Below, one piece after another: positions 1 through 7,716 of a stretch of DNA of 34,255 nt. The stretch covers positions 1 to 34,255 of IMG/VR virus record IMGVR_UViG_638341087_000014, one strand, 5' to 3'. How positions within the stretch are numbered: position 1 is the first letter of the stretch; each line of letters starts with the position of its first letter. Below the pieces are notes generated by a model. It made no database searches, was not told where the DNA came from, and saw only the letters and a program-made list of their open reading frames with translations. The position numbers were made by a program, and so were the translations under genes. This stretch comes from a virus. Taxonomy: Duplodnaviria; Heunggongvirae; Uroviricota; Caudoviricetes.

Positions 1-57
1 ATGAACGGCAAATCTAGGTTAGCCTCTTACGTGCCGAAAGGCAAGGAGAAGCAGGCT

Positions 58-213
58 ATGAAGCAGCAAAAGGCGATGTTAATCGCCCTGATCGTCATCT
101 GTTTAACCGTCATAGTGACGGCACTGGTAACGAGGAAAGACCTCTGCGAGGTACGAATCCGAACCGGCCAGACGGAGGTTGCTGTCTTCGTGGGCTACGA
201 ATCTGAGAAGTAA
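58..213 (+). CDS. hokD: Hok/Gef-family type I toxin (HokD/RelF-like), 51 aa
   Basis: Translation MKQQKAMLIALIVICLTVIVTALVTRKDLCEVRIRTGQTEVAVFVGYESEK has the Hok length, single TM helix and conserved C-terminal motif; AAGGAGA precedes the ATG at 58. The track ORF 1-213 is an upstream in-frame extension. Confidence 0.8.
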   Translation: MKQQKAMLIALIVICLTVIVTALVTRKDLCEVRIRTGQTEVAVFVGYESEK

Positions 214-284
214 GAGTGACCAGGCGGGAGAGTAATCTCCCCGCCACCTCTGATGTGTCGGCATCCTCAATGCACCCGTGCTTA

Positions 285-308
285 ACCCGCTTCGGCGGGT
301 TTATTTTA
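285..308 (+). terminator. Intrinsic terminator / 3' stem-loop of the hok transcript
   Basis: ACCCGC-TTCG-GCGGGT stem-loop followed by TTATTTTA. Confidence 0.55.
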
Positions 309-946
309 TCTGTAAATATTTTTATAAAAATAATGCCCACACACAGCATAAAACAAAAAGTATCACAGATAAAAAAGGAGCGTAATGTGCAGATTTGTTG
401 TTTTCCATATTTACTCACTTTAACATAATCAATATTGATATGGTTGTTGTTTCGGTGGTTTCAAACGAGATGTTATGGTGATCTGGTAAAATTGCATAAC
501 ATTAAAATTTAATTTATCTAATCGCTTTTAATAATAAGCGTTGTGTTTATCCCAGCAATCTGTTGTTTGACTTTTATTCCATTAATGTAGGGGCTTTACA
601 CTGGAACCAGTTTATTTATACTTTATACGCCAGCCTGAACAACTGGCACCTGCTGCGCCAGCAGAGACAACCGATGGCGCACAATACCAAACATCACAAT
701 TCTGATACCGACCTTGCCAGCAGGCACGGGCGGCGTTCTCATGCATTCAAATCTGACTGGTTCCAGCATGATCCATGCACTGAAGAACAGCCGAATGGCT
801 GATTCAGAACTACCGCAGACGTGGTTACGAGTTTCAGAAAGACCTCAGTCTCGACTTCCGACACTGGATCATCTCAGTCAGACTGCCTTACTCTGAACGC
901 CCACCGCGTCCGTCCCGCACATTCCAGCAACGGATCTGGAGGTAAC

Positions 947-1690
947 GTGCGGGTATTGCTTCGACCTGTTCCGGTACCGGAACTCGGGCTGGTGGTCCTT
1001 AAGCCTGGTCGTGAATCCATGCAGGTATTTCATAACCCTCGAGTGCTGGTGGAGCCGGAACCGAAAAGCATGCGCGGTCTGCCGTCCGGAGTTGTTCCTG
1101 CCATTCACCAGCCGCTGGCGGAAGACAAATCATTGCTGCCATTTTTCAGCAATGAGCGGGTAATTCGTGCTGCCGGTGGCACTGGTGCACTGTCTGACTG
1201 GCTCCTGCGTCATGTTAAATCCTGCCAGTGGCCTCATAGTGACTACCATCACAGTGAAATCGTCATACATCGTTATGGTACCGGAGCGATGGTGTTGTGC
1301 TGGCACTGCGACAACCAACTGCGTGACCAGACATCCGAATCACTCGAGCAACTTGCTCATCAAAACCTGTCTGCATGGATGATTGACGTCATACGCAATG
1401 CAATGAATGGTACGCAAGAGCGGGAATTATCGCTGGCTGAGTTATCCTGGTGGGCGGTCTGCAATCAGGTGGCGGACGCGCTACCGGAGGCAGTATTACG
1501 TCGTTCGTTGGGATTACGTACGGAAAAAATCCGCTCTGTGTACCGCGAGAGCGACATCGTACCGGGAGAACAGACAGCCACCAGCATACTGAAGCAGCGC
1601 ACAAAAAATATGTGCTACGCTCACGCCACAGCAACAGAACTCACCACAGGAAAAGACGTGTCAGTATTGCCGTTGATCCGGAGTCTGTGA
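947..1690 (+). CDS. DUF968-like phage protein, N-terminal portion (ends at in-frame TGA 1688-1690)
   Basis: Long ORF in same frame as the downstream conserved Cys/His region; GTG at 947 preceded by GGAGG. Start is uncertain (track ORF begins at 821; ATG at 1019 is an alternative). Confidence 0.45.
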   Translation: MRVLLRPVPVPELGLVVLKPGRESMQVFHNPRVLVEPEPKSMRGLPSGVVPAIHQPLAEDKSLLPFFSNERVIRAAGGTGALSDWLLRHVKSCQWPHSDYHHSEIVIHRYGTGAMVLCWHCDNQLRDQTSESLEQLAHQNLSAWMIDVIRNAMNGTQERELSLAELSWWAVCNQVADALPEAVLRRSLGLRTEKIRSVYRESDIVPGEQTATSILKQRTKNMCYAHATATELTTGKDVSVLPLIRSL

Positions 1691-1723
1691 ATCTTTCATG
1701 AAGCGAGTAAACGTCGCCGTTGG

Positions 1724-1987
1724 GTGAATGAGAAATACACGCGTTGGGTAAAGACACAGCCGTGTGCGTGTTGTGGTAAGCCAGCAGACGATCCCCATCA
1801 CGTGATTGGTCATGGTCAGGGCGGGATGGGGACAAAATCTCACGATATTTTCACGCTACCGCTGTGTCGGGAGCATCACAACGAGCTTCATGCGGACCCG
1901 CTGGCGTTCGAAGAAAAGCATGGTTCCCAGATTGATTTAATTTTTCGTTTTCTTGATCACGCCTTTGCAACCGGCGTGCTCGGGTAA
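1724..1987 (+). CDS. DUF968-like phage protein, conserved C-terminal Cys/His-rich portion
   Basis: Motif WVKTQPCACCGKPADDPHHV...LCREHHNELH; same reading frame as 947-1690, separated by a single TGA and 11 sense codons. Confidence 0.5.
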   Translation: MNEKYTRWVKTQPCACCGKPADDPHHVIGHGQGGMGTKSHDIFTLPLCREHHNELHADPLAFEEKHGSQIDLIFRFLDHAFATGVLG

Positions 1988-1999
1988 AAGAGGTTACTG

Positions 2000-2359
2000 A
2001 TGCGTATAGAGTTTGTTTTGCCTTACCCGCCAACGGTGAACACCTACTGGCGACGTCGTGGCAGTACATATTTTGTATCAAAAGCCGGTGAGCGTTATCG
2101 CCGTGATGTGGCGCTCATTGTTCGCCAGCAGCGACTGAGATTAAACCTGTCCGGAAGGCTGGCAATAAAAATTACTGCAGAGCCACCGGATAAGCGCCGC
2201 CGTGACCTGGACAATATTCTGAAAGCACCACTGGATGCGTTGACGCATGCGGGGTTGCTTATCGACGACGAGCAGTTTGATGAAATCAATATTGTGCGCG
2301 GTCAGGTCGTTCCTGGTGGTCGGTTGGGCGTGAAGATTTACAAAATTGAAAGTGAGTGA
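2000..2359 (+). CDS. rusA: Holliday junction resolvase RusA
   Basis: 119 aa; RusA hallmarks (PPTVNTYWRRRG, DKRRRDLDNILKAPLDALTHAGLLIDDEQ); AAAGAGG before the ATG; sits immediately upstream of the Q-like gene as in lambdoid nin regions. Confidence 0.9.
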   Translation: MRIEFVLPYPPTVNTYWRRRGSTYFVSKAGERYRRDVALIVRQQRLRLNLSGRLAIKITAEPPDKRRRDLDNILKAPLDALTHAGLLIDDEQFDEINIVRGQVVPGGRLGVKIYKIESE

Positions 2360-2367
2360 GCGTAAAT

Positions 2368-2922
2368 ATGATATACCCGGAAATTACAGGCAAAAGCGGT
2401 GAGCATTTACGCCTGAAAACGCTGGAAAGTGTCTGGCTCCAGGGGAAACTGCGTATGTGGGGGCGTTGGTCGTATATTGGCGGCGGTAAGACGGGAAATA
2501 TGTTCAACCAATTACTGACCTCTAAAAAGCTGACAAAAACGGCAATTAACGAGGCGCTCCGGAGGATGAAAAAAGCGGGTCTGGACAAACCTGAACTTGA
2601 GGCTTTTTTGCGGGATATGATCAACGGCAATCAAAAAAGCTGGCTGGCACATTGTACCGATTCAGAGGCGTTAATAATCGACAGGGTTATTGGTGAAGCC
2701 CTGGCCGGTTATCCCGGGCTGCTCAATGTCCTGAGTCAGCGTTATGTGGGGCGGGGGATGACTAAGCGCAAAATGGCTGAACTGCTGAATGATGCACACC
2801 CGGAATGGAGTTTAAGAACCTGTGAAAGACGCATTGAGCATTGGCTAAAGGTGGCAGAATTTATTTTGTACAAACCAATGGTTATGGCTTTTTGTATAGA
2901 GAAAAAAGTTATTGCTTTTTGA
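2368..2922 (+). CDS. Putative late-gene antiterminator (Q-like), assigned mainly by position
   Basis: About 184 aa, directly after rusA and directly before a strong intrinsic terminator, the lambdoid Q/pR'/tR' arrangement. I do not confidently recognise the family; GTG at 2356 is an alternative start. Confidence 0.5.
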   Translation: MIYPEITGKSGEHLRLKTLESVWLQGKLRMWGRWSYIGGGKTGNMFNQLLTSKKLTKTAINEALRRMKKAGLDKPELEAFLRDMINGNQKSWLAHCTDSEALIIDRVIGEALAGYPGLLNVLSQRYVGRGMTKRKMAELLNDAHPEWSLRTCERRIEHWLKVAEFILYKPMVMAFCIEKKVIAF

Positions 2923-2999
2923 CGTAAAAACTGCTTCAATGCCGGTACGCTTCGCAAAGCTGTACCGCGAGGCGAATAGCAGACATGGACATTTGAAAG

Positions 3000-3025
3000 A
3001 GCCCGCTTTTTGCGGGTTTTTTTTT
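3000..3025 (+). terminator. tR'-like intrinsic terminator downstream of the Q-like gene
   Basis: GCCCGC-TTTTT-GCGGG stem-loop followed by a 9-T run, about 80 bp after the Q-like stop. Confidence 0.6.
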
Positions 3026-3148
3026 ATGCCTGAAAAACGGTACAGGACGTTAAACGCGCTGATGGTTGCGAATACCGGTCTTTCAGCTTGCTGGCTTTTT
3101 CGACAAGAGCTATTGGTATGTCACGTTAACCAGAAAAGGAAAAAAGAC

Positions 3149-3346
3149 ATGCTAAAACAGCAGGATATGACCGAAACTGCCAGAGTGGTGTTTAATGAAT
3201 TAAGCGTCACCGAACCGGCGACCGTCGGGGAAATTGCGCAGAATACGTACCTTTCACGCGAACGCTGCCAGTTAATACTGACTCAGCTTGTTATGGCGGG
3301 TCTGGCAGATTATCAGTTCGGTTGTTACAGACGCCTTCCGCAGTGA
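3149..3346 (+). CDS. Small hypothetical protein (65 aa), possible helix-turn-helix
   Basis: ATG at 3149 preceded by AAAGGAAAAAAG; translation MLKQQDMTETARVVFNELSVTEPATVGEIAQNTYLSRERCQLILTQLVMAGLADYQFGCYRRLPQ; the stop lies inside a terminator hairpin. Confidence 0.4.
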   Translation: MLKQQDMTETARVVFNELSVTEPATVGEIAQNTYLSRERCQLILTQLVMAGLADYQFGCYRRLPQ

Positions 3347-3357
3347 AGGCTTTTTTA
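3333..3357 (+). terminator. Intrinsic terminator
   Basis: GCCTTC-CGCAGT-GAAGGC stem-loop followed by TTTTTTATTT. Confidence 0.5.
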
Positions 3358-3496
3358 TTTGTGGTAATGGGCGGCTGGTGGGTGTTAGCGGCACCTGCCA
3401 GCCATCTGCTCATGCGTTGGGGTCACAAGCAAACCTCAGGCCCATCTGCTTTGCGCAAAAGCGGTATGAGCCTATCAGAGAAGTGCTTATTGATCT

Positions 3497-4543
3497 ATGG
3501 CTAATACTGTAAAAATATCCAGTTGTGAGTTAATCAACGCTGATTGCCTGGAATTTATCCAGACTTTACCGGAAAACTCTGTCGATCTGATAGTCACAGA
3601 CCCGCCATACTTTAAAGTGAAGCCCGAGGGCTGGGATAACCAGTGGAAGGGCGACGATGATTACCTGAAATGGCTGGATCAGTGTCTGGCGCAATTCTGG
3701 CGGGTACTGAAACCTGCCGGAAGTCTCTACCTGTTCTGTGGTCATCGCCTGGCATCTGATACCGAAATCATGATGCGTGAGCGCTTTAATGTGCTGAACC
3801 ACATTATCTGGGCGAAGCCGTCCGGACGCTGGAACGGATGCAACAAGGAAAGCCTGCGGGCGTATTTCCCGGCAACAGAGCGCATTCTGTTTGCTGAACA
3901 TTATCAGGGGCCCTACCAGCCCAAAAATGACGGCTATGTGGCACAGGGGCGCAAGCTTAAACAGCACGTCATGGCCCCGCTGATTTCTTACTTTCGTGAT
4001 GCGCGTGAATCACTGGGAATAACGTCAAAACAGATAGCGGAAGCCACCGGAAAGAAAAATATGGCTTCGCACTGGTTTGGTGCCAGTCAGTGGCAGTTAC
4101 CGAACGAAGCTGATTACAGAAAACTGCAGGCATTGTTTGCGCGTGTTACAGCAGAAAAGCATCAGCGCGGGGAACTGGAAAAGCCACACCACCAGCTGGT
4201 CAGCGCATACAGTGAACTGAACCGTCAATACGCCAGCCTGCTGGAAGAGTACAAATCTTTGCGGCGTTATTTTTCCGTATCAGCTGCCGTTCCGTATACG
4301 GATGTCTGGACGCACAGGCCTGTGCAGTATTATCCGGGCAAACATCCCTGTGAAAAACCGGCGGATATGTTGCGGCAGATAATTGAGGCCAGCAGTCGCC
4401 CCGGTGATTTGGTTGCTGATTTTTTTATGGGGTCAGGTTCCACAATAAAGGCAGCATTGTCACTGGAGCGTCGGGCTATTGGTGTGGAACTGGATGAAGG
4501 GCGATTTAATCAGACTGTAACTGAAATAAAAAATATCTGTTAA
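3497..4543 (+). CDS. DNA methyltransferase, beta-class N6-adenine/N4-cytosine type (orphan, no restriction partner in window)
   Basis: 348 aa; N-terminal DPPY motif (LIVTDPPYF) and C-terminal FxGxG AdoMet motif (DFFMGSGST): motif IV before motif I. Confidence 0.85.
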   Translation: MANTVKISSCELINADCLEFIQTLPENSVDLIVTDPPYFKVKPEGWDNQWKGDDDYLKWLDQCLAQFWRVLKPAGSLYLFCGHRLASDTEIMMRERFNVLNHIIWAKPSGRWNGCNKESLRAYFPATERILFAEHYQGPYQPKNDGYVAQGRKLKQHVMAPLISYFRDARESLGITSKQIAEATGKKNMASHWFGASQWQLPNEADYRKLQALFARVTAEKHQRGELEKPHHQLVSAYSELNRQYASLLEEYKSLRRYFSVSAAVPYTDVWTHRPVQYYPGKHPCEKPADMLRQIIEASSRPGDLVADFFMGSGSTIKAALSLERRAIGVELDEGRFNQTVTEIKNIC

Positions 4544-4623
4544 TTGTGCATGGTGTTATTTCTGATAATTCCGGAATAATAAAAATATATATGTATATTT
4601 ACAATTGCTGACGAGCATTTTTA

Positions 4624-4651
4624 TTGAAAGCGTCCGGGTTATTCGTATTAT
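4624..4651 (+). promoter_or_regulatory. Candidate sigma70 promoter for the tRNA cluster
   Basis: TTGAAA (4624-4629), 16-bp spacer, TATTAT (4646-4651), about 30 bp upstream of the first tRNA. Confidence 0.3.
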
Positions 4652-4683
4652 TGTGCCGCGTCAGAGCAATGATGCAATGGACA

Positions 4684-4760
4684 GGCCCTTTAGCTCAGTT
4701 GGTCAGAGCGAGCGACTCATAATCGCCAGGTCGCTGGTTCAAGTCCAGCAAGGGCCACCA
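4684..4760 (+). tRNA. tRNA with CAU anticodon, ileX-like (tRNA-Ile2, lysidine type), often auto-annotated as tRNA-Met
   Basis: 77 nt cloverleaf folded by hand: acceptor GGCCCTT/AAGGGCC, T-arm GCTGG-TTCAAGT-CCAGC, anticodon loop CTCATAA, 3' CCA encoded. Confidence 0.8.
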
Positions 4761-4761
4761 G

Positions 4762-4838
4762 CCGCCACTAGCTCATCCGGATAGAGCATCAACCTTCTAA
4801 GTTGATGGTGCGAGGTTCGAGTCCTCGGTGGCGGGCCA
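4762..4838 (+). tRNA. tRNA-Arg (anticodon UCU)
   Basis: 77 nt: acceptor CCGCCAC/GTGGCGG, anticodon stem-loop TCAAC-CTTCTAA-GTTGA, T-arm CGAGG-TTCGAGT-CCTCG, CCA encoded. 5' end could shift by 1 nt. Confidence 0.8.
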
Positions 4839-4840
4839 GT

Positions 4841-4916
<76 letters not shown>

Positions 4917-4919
4917 TAT

Positions 4920-4994
<75 letters not shown>

Positions 4995-5246
4995 GAGCGA
5001 GATAGGTAGTTTTTTGGCACTGACACATTTTATGTAGGGCGTTTTTCCTGACTCCTTACCTCGCCCTGTACTGTAATGAGTGATATCGGTTGCAGTACCA
5101 GTGCTGTTTTTTACGCCACCGGAATGGTGCATTATTGGTAGAGATTTGCAATGTCTCTGGCAGGGGCCGGTGATGCATCATCCCGATGTTGTAAACATCG
5201 CTCAGATAACGTTGAAATCAATCAAACCCAGGAAATACATCTTTAA

Positions 5247-5270
5247 CCGCCGCACCAGGCGGTTTTTTTT
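5247..5270 (+). terminator. Intrinsic terminator downstream of the tRNA cluster
   Basis: CCGCC-GCACCA-GGCGG stem-loop followed by an 8-T run. Confidence 0.55.
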
Positions 5271-5646
5271 ATTCTTAATTCGAAGAAAAAGAAAACACGG
5301 ACATTGATAATGTCCGCGTGGCAATGCCATGTAAGTTAGCGATGAATATGGCGCAAAAAAAAGCGCGGCCGTCGGATTAACGCCGCGGGACAAAGTCCGT
5401 GAAGAATCATAAGCATCTGTCTCCTCCGGGAGACGAGTTGATATTACTAAGCTTTAAAAATGGTTTAAATCCTCAGATTAACCTTAATTTTCGGTAAGTC
5501 TTATTTCATTTCTTCGCGCCACGCCCGGCGCACATCAAAAAACCACAGAGCCTTTCAGGGGTGAGCTTACGGGATGGTCAGTGTGACTTTCTCTGTGGGC
5601 TGGTCACCCCCGGGCGCAGGCTCACCCACTAAAAGGAAAAGTCACG

Positions 5647-6072
5647 ATGTTTGGTATTTTCAAAAAGAAAACCCGCAAGGCCATTACCGAAGTGAAGAAG
5701 ATGGAGAACCGCGACGCAGTGGAGGCGACCGTCTGGGGCGCGTATTCCATTGCATATGCTGACGGCACCTGCGATGCGAAAGAAATCGCTGTGCTGGAGA
5801 AAACCATTGCAGCACTTCCTGCTTTTGCGCCGTTCTCGGGTGAGATTGCACAAATGAGTGCAAATATCCGCGCCCGTTATGAAGCGTCGCCGCGCTCTGC
5901 CAATGCTGAAGCCCTTCGCCAGCTGGCTGATGTTGCCGGTACTGATGATGCAGTTAATGTACTGTGCCTGTGTCTGGATATCGCAGACCAGGATGGCATT
6001 GGTCCGGATGAAGAAGCGCAGCTCAAGAAAATTGCTCAGGCGCTGCAGTTACCGCTGGAGCAGTACCTGTGA
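5647..6072 (+). CDS. TerB-like (tellurite-resistance TerB family) domain protein, 141 aa
   Basis: Pattern resembling TerB (two helical repeats with conserved AxxDG...EE/DEE, e.g. SIAYADGTCDAKEIAVLEK and LDIADQDGIGPDEEAQLKKIAQAL); AAAAGGAAAAG before ATG 5647. Family call from remembered pattern, not a search. Confidence 0.6.
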   Translation: MFGIFKKKTRKAITEVKKMENRDAVEATVWGAYSIAYADGTCDAKEIAVLEKTIAALPAFAPFSGEIAQMSANIRARYEASPRSANAEALRQLADVAGTDDAVNVLCLCLDIADQDGIGPDEEAQLKKIAQALQLPLEQYL

Positions 6073-6221
6073 AAAGTGCGCGCCTTGTGCTGGCTGCCAT
6101 CCTGCTGTTTCTGGTAGTGGCGGTGGATTTCACCGGACGGCTGATGTCGGTGCTGGCAGATGGTGTGCTGGTGGCGATGGCGCTGGTCGTGCTCCGGCCT
6201 TTACTGCGTAAATCTGAATAA
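6069..6221 (+). CDS. Candidate small membrane protein (50 aa, two hydrophobic segments), start overlapping the TerB-like stop (GTGA)
   Basis: Translation from GTG 6069: MKSARLVLAAILLFLVVAVDFTGRLMSVLADGVLVAMALVVLRPLLRKSE; below the 60-aa cut-off of the ORF track; ends just before a hairpin and terminator. Confidence 0.3.
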   Translation: MKSARLVLAAILLFLVVAVDFTGRLMSVLADGVLVAMALVVLRPLLRKSE

Positions 6222-6269
6222 CACCACACAAAAGGCATCTGCGGGTGCCTTTAACGGGGTGTTTTTTAC

Positions 6270-6296
6270 GGGCCGCTGGTGGCCCTTTTTTATTTA
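6270..6296 (+). terminator. Intrinsic terminator immediately upstream of the lysis genes
   Basis: GGGCC-GCTGGT-GGCCC stem-loop followed by TTTTTTTATTT; the holin ribosome-binding site follows directly. Confidence 0.6.
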
Positions 6297-6310
6297 CAGG
6301 AGAAAAAAGT

Positions 6311-6703
6311 ATGTCTGAACCCTTATCCGGTTCCGGCACGGCTGCGGCGCTCGGTGGGGCGACGGTGTACGGGCTGTTTACCGGAACGGATTTCGGGATT
6401 GTGTTTGGTGCGTTCGCCGGGGCGTTATTTGTGGCAACGATGCCGCAGGCGCTTTCAGCCTGGCGTGTGGCGGCGCATTTTCTGGTGTCGTTCATTATCG
6501 GCGTGCTGGGCGCAGAGGTTCTGGCATCCTGGCTGGTAAAGCATACAGAGTTTGACGGTGCACCTGTCGACGCATTGTGTGCAGTACTGGTGTCAGTGGT
6601 GTCGGTGAAGATTCTCTCGTTCATCCACCAGCAGGATATTGCATCGCTGGTGTCCGGCCTGTTCTCCCGCCTGCGGGGTGGAGGAGGCGGCAATGTTAAG
6701 TAA
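6311..6703 (+). CDS. Putative holin (three predicted TM segments)
   Basis: 130 aa, AGGAGA before ATG 6311, three hydrophobic helices, first gene of a cassette ending in an endolysin. Confidence 0.55.
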   Translation: MSEPLSGSGTAAALGGATVYGLFTGTDFGIVFGAFAGALFVATMPQALSAWRVAAHFLVSFIIGVLGAEVLASWLVKHTEFDGAPVDALCAVLVSVVSVKILSFIHQQDIASLVSGLFSRLRGGGGGNVK

Positions 6704-6968
6704 CCTTCCCGGATTACTGAATGTGGCGTTATGCACGGTTATCGTGCTGACGCTCTTTTTTTATCGTCGCCGTGATTCCAGGCATAAACCGCTGATGTCA
6801 TGGCTGGCCTGGTTGCTGATGCTGCTGTATGCCTTTGCGCCCCTCAGCTATCTGTGTGGTCGCCCGTTAGCAACGGGCTGGCTGGAAGTGTTTTTTAATC
6901 TGTTGTTCTGCGTGCTGGTAATACGCGCACGCGGGAACGTCGCAAGAATCTTTCCATTGTTGAGGTGA
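6693..6968 (+). CDS. Putative second holin / holin-associated membrane protein
   Basis: 91 aa, three hydrophobic segments, GGAGGAGG before ATG 6693, overlaps the previous gene by 11 nt, directly upstream of the endolysin. Confidence 0.45.
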   Translation: MLSNLPGLLNVALCTVIVLTLFFYRRRDSRHKPLMSWLAWLLMLLYAFAPLSYLCGRPLATGWLEVFFNLLFCVLVIRARGNVARIFPLLR

Positions 6969-6970
6969 AT

Positions 6971-7348
6971 ATGTCGGGTAAATTCAGATTTAGTCGTCGC
7001 AGTGAAAAAAATCTGGAGGGCGTTAAACCACAGCTGGTTGCTGTCGTTCGCCGTGCGCTGGAGCTGACGGAGGTTGATTTCGGTATTACGGAAGGGCTGC
7101 GCACGAAAGAACGCCAGAAACAGCTGGTCGCGGAAGGGAAAAGCCAGACCATGAACAGCCGCCACCTGACCGGTGATGCGGTGGATGTTGTTGCCTGGGT
7201 TGGCAGCCAGGTGTCATGGGACTGGCCTCTGTACGAGAAAATCGCGCAGGCATTTAAGCAGGCTGCCGCAGAGCTGGGAACCGCCATCGAATGGGGCGGG
7301 GACTGGAAAACACTGAAAGACGGGCCTCACTTTCAGTTGAAACGCTGA
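6971..7348 (+). CDS. Endolysin, peptidase M15 family (L-alanyl-D-glutamate peptidase type)
   Basis: 125 aa; zinc-peptidase motifs SRHLTGDAVD and GGDWKTLKDGPHFQ; GAGGTG before ATG 6971. Confidence 0.8.
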   Translation: MSGKFRFSRRSEKNLEGVKPQLVAVVRRALELTEVDFGITEGLRTKERQKQLVAEGKSQTMNSRHLTGDAVDVVAWVGSQVSWDWPLYEKIAQAFKQAAAELGTAIEWGGDWKTLKDGPHFQLKR

Positions 7349-7362
7349 TAACCAGGTGGGTT

Positions 7363-7545
7363 ATGAGCAGAAAACACTGGACACACAGAATGCCGCGAAC
7401 GGCGGCGAAATGGGCGCTGGTAGCGATACTGGTGCCTTTTTTATTGGTGGGATGCGTCAGCCTGGATAAGGCGCGCCTGTTTTTTGACGCTGCTTCTCAG
7501 GCCTGCCAGTTGATTGATGGCATCCGGCAGTGTACGCAGAACTGA
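7363..7545 (+). CDS. Small lipoprotein, possible o-spanin (Rz1-like)
   Basis: 60 aa; signal peptide with lipobox LLVGC, short mature part; sits at the end of the lysis cassette. No partner i-spanin identified. Confidence 0.4.
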   Translation: MSRKHWTHRMPRTAAKWALVAILVPFLLVGCVSLDKARLFFDAASQACQLIDGIRQCTQN

Positions 7546-7716
7546 TCGCAGGTAAGAGCAGAATATTTTGCTGAAAAATGAGGGGTGCGTCAGCGCACGG
7601 AAAGCATGAAATTCTGCGTTTGTGGTTATTCAATAAAATAAATTCTTTCTATCGCCGCGAATACTCAAATGTTGATCAGTGCCCGGTGCGGCGACAGGCT
7701 TTGATATCAGGAGACG

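Noticed and set aside
110-418. Minus-strand 102-aa ORF overlapping the hok gene and its terminator
   Set aside because: Antisense to a well-supported toxin gene and runs through the terminator hairpin; no ribosome-binding site; looks like an ORF-finder artefact.
563-896. Two overlapping + strand ORFs (563-802 and 714-896) between hok and the DUF968-like gene
   Set aside because: Non-canonical starts, no convincing ribosome-binding site and no recognisable domain. A small gene could exist here, but I cannot support a call from sequence alone.
3288-3512. ORFs 3288-3512 and 3322-3504 upstream of the methyltransferase
   Set aside because: They overlap the terminator hairpin and the small ORF in other frames and lack start signals; treated as non-coding leader.
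4995-6310. Shiga toxin (stxAB) in the slot downstream of the phage tRNAs
   Set aside because: The position matches the stx slot of Stx phages, but no ORF resembles StxA or StxB; the slot holds the TerB-like gene instead.
6130-6693. 187-aa minus-strand ORF overlapping the holin gene
   Set aside because: Antisense to the lysis cassette; Pro/Ala/Ser-rich low-complexity translation; no start context.
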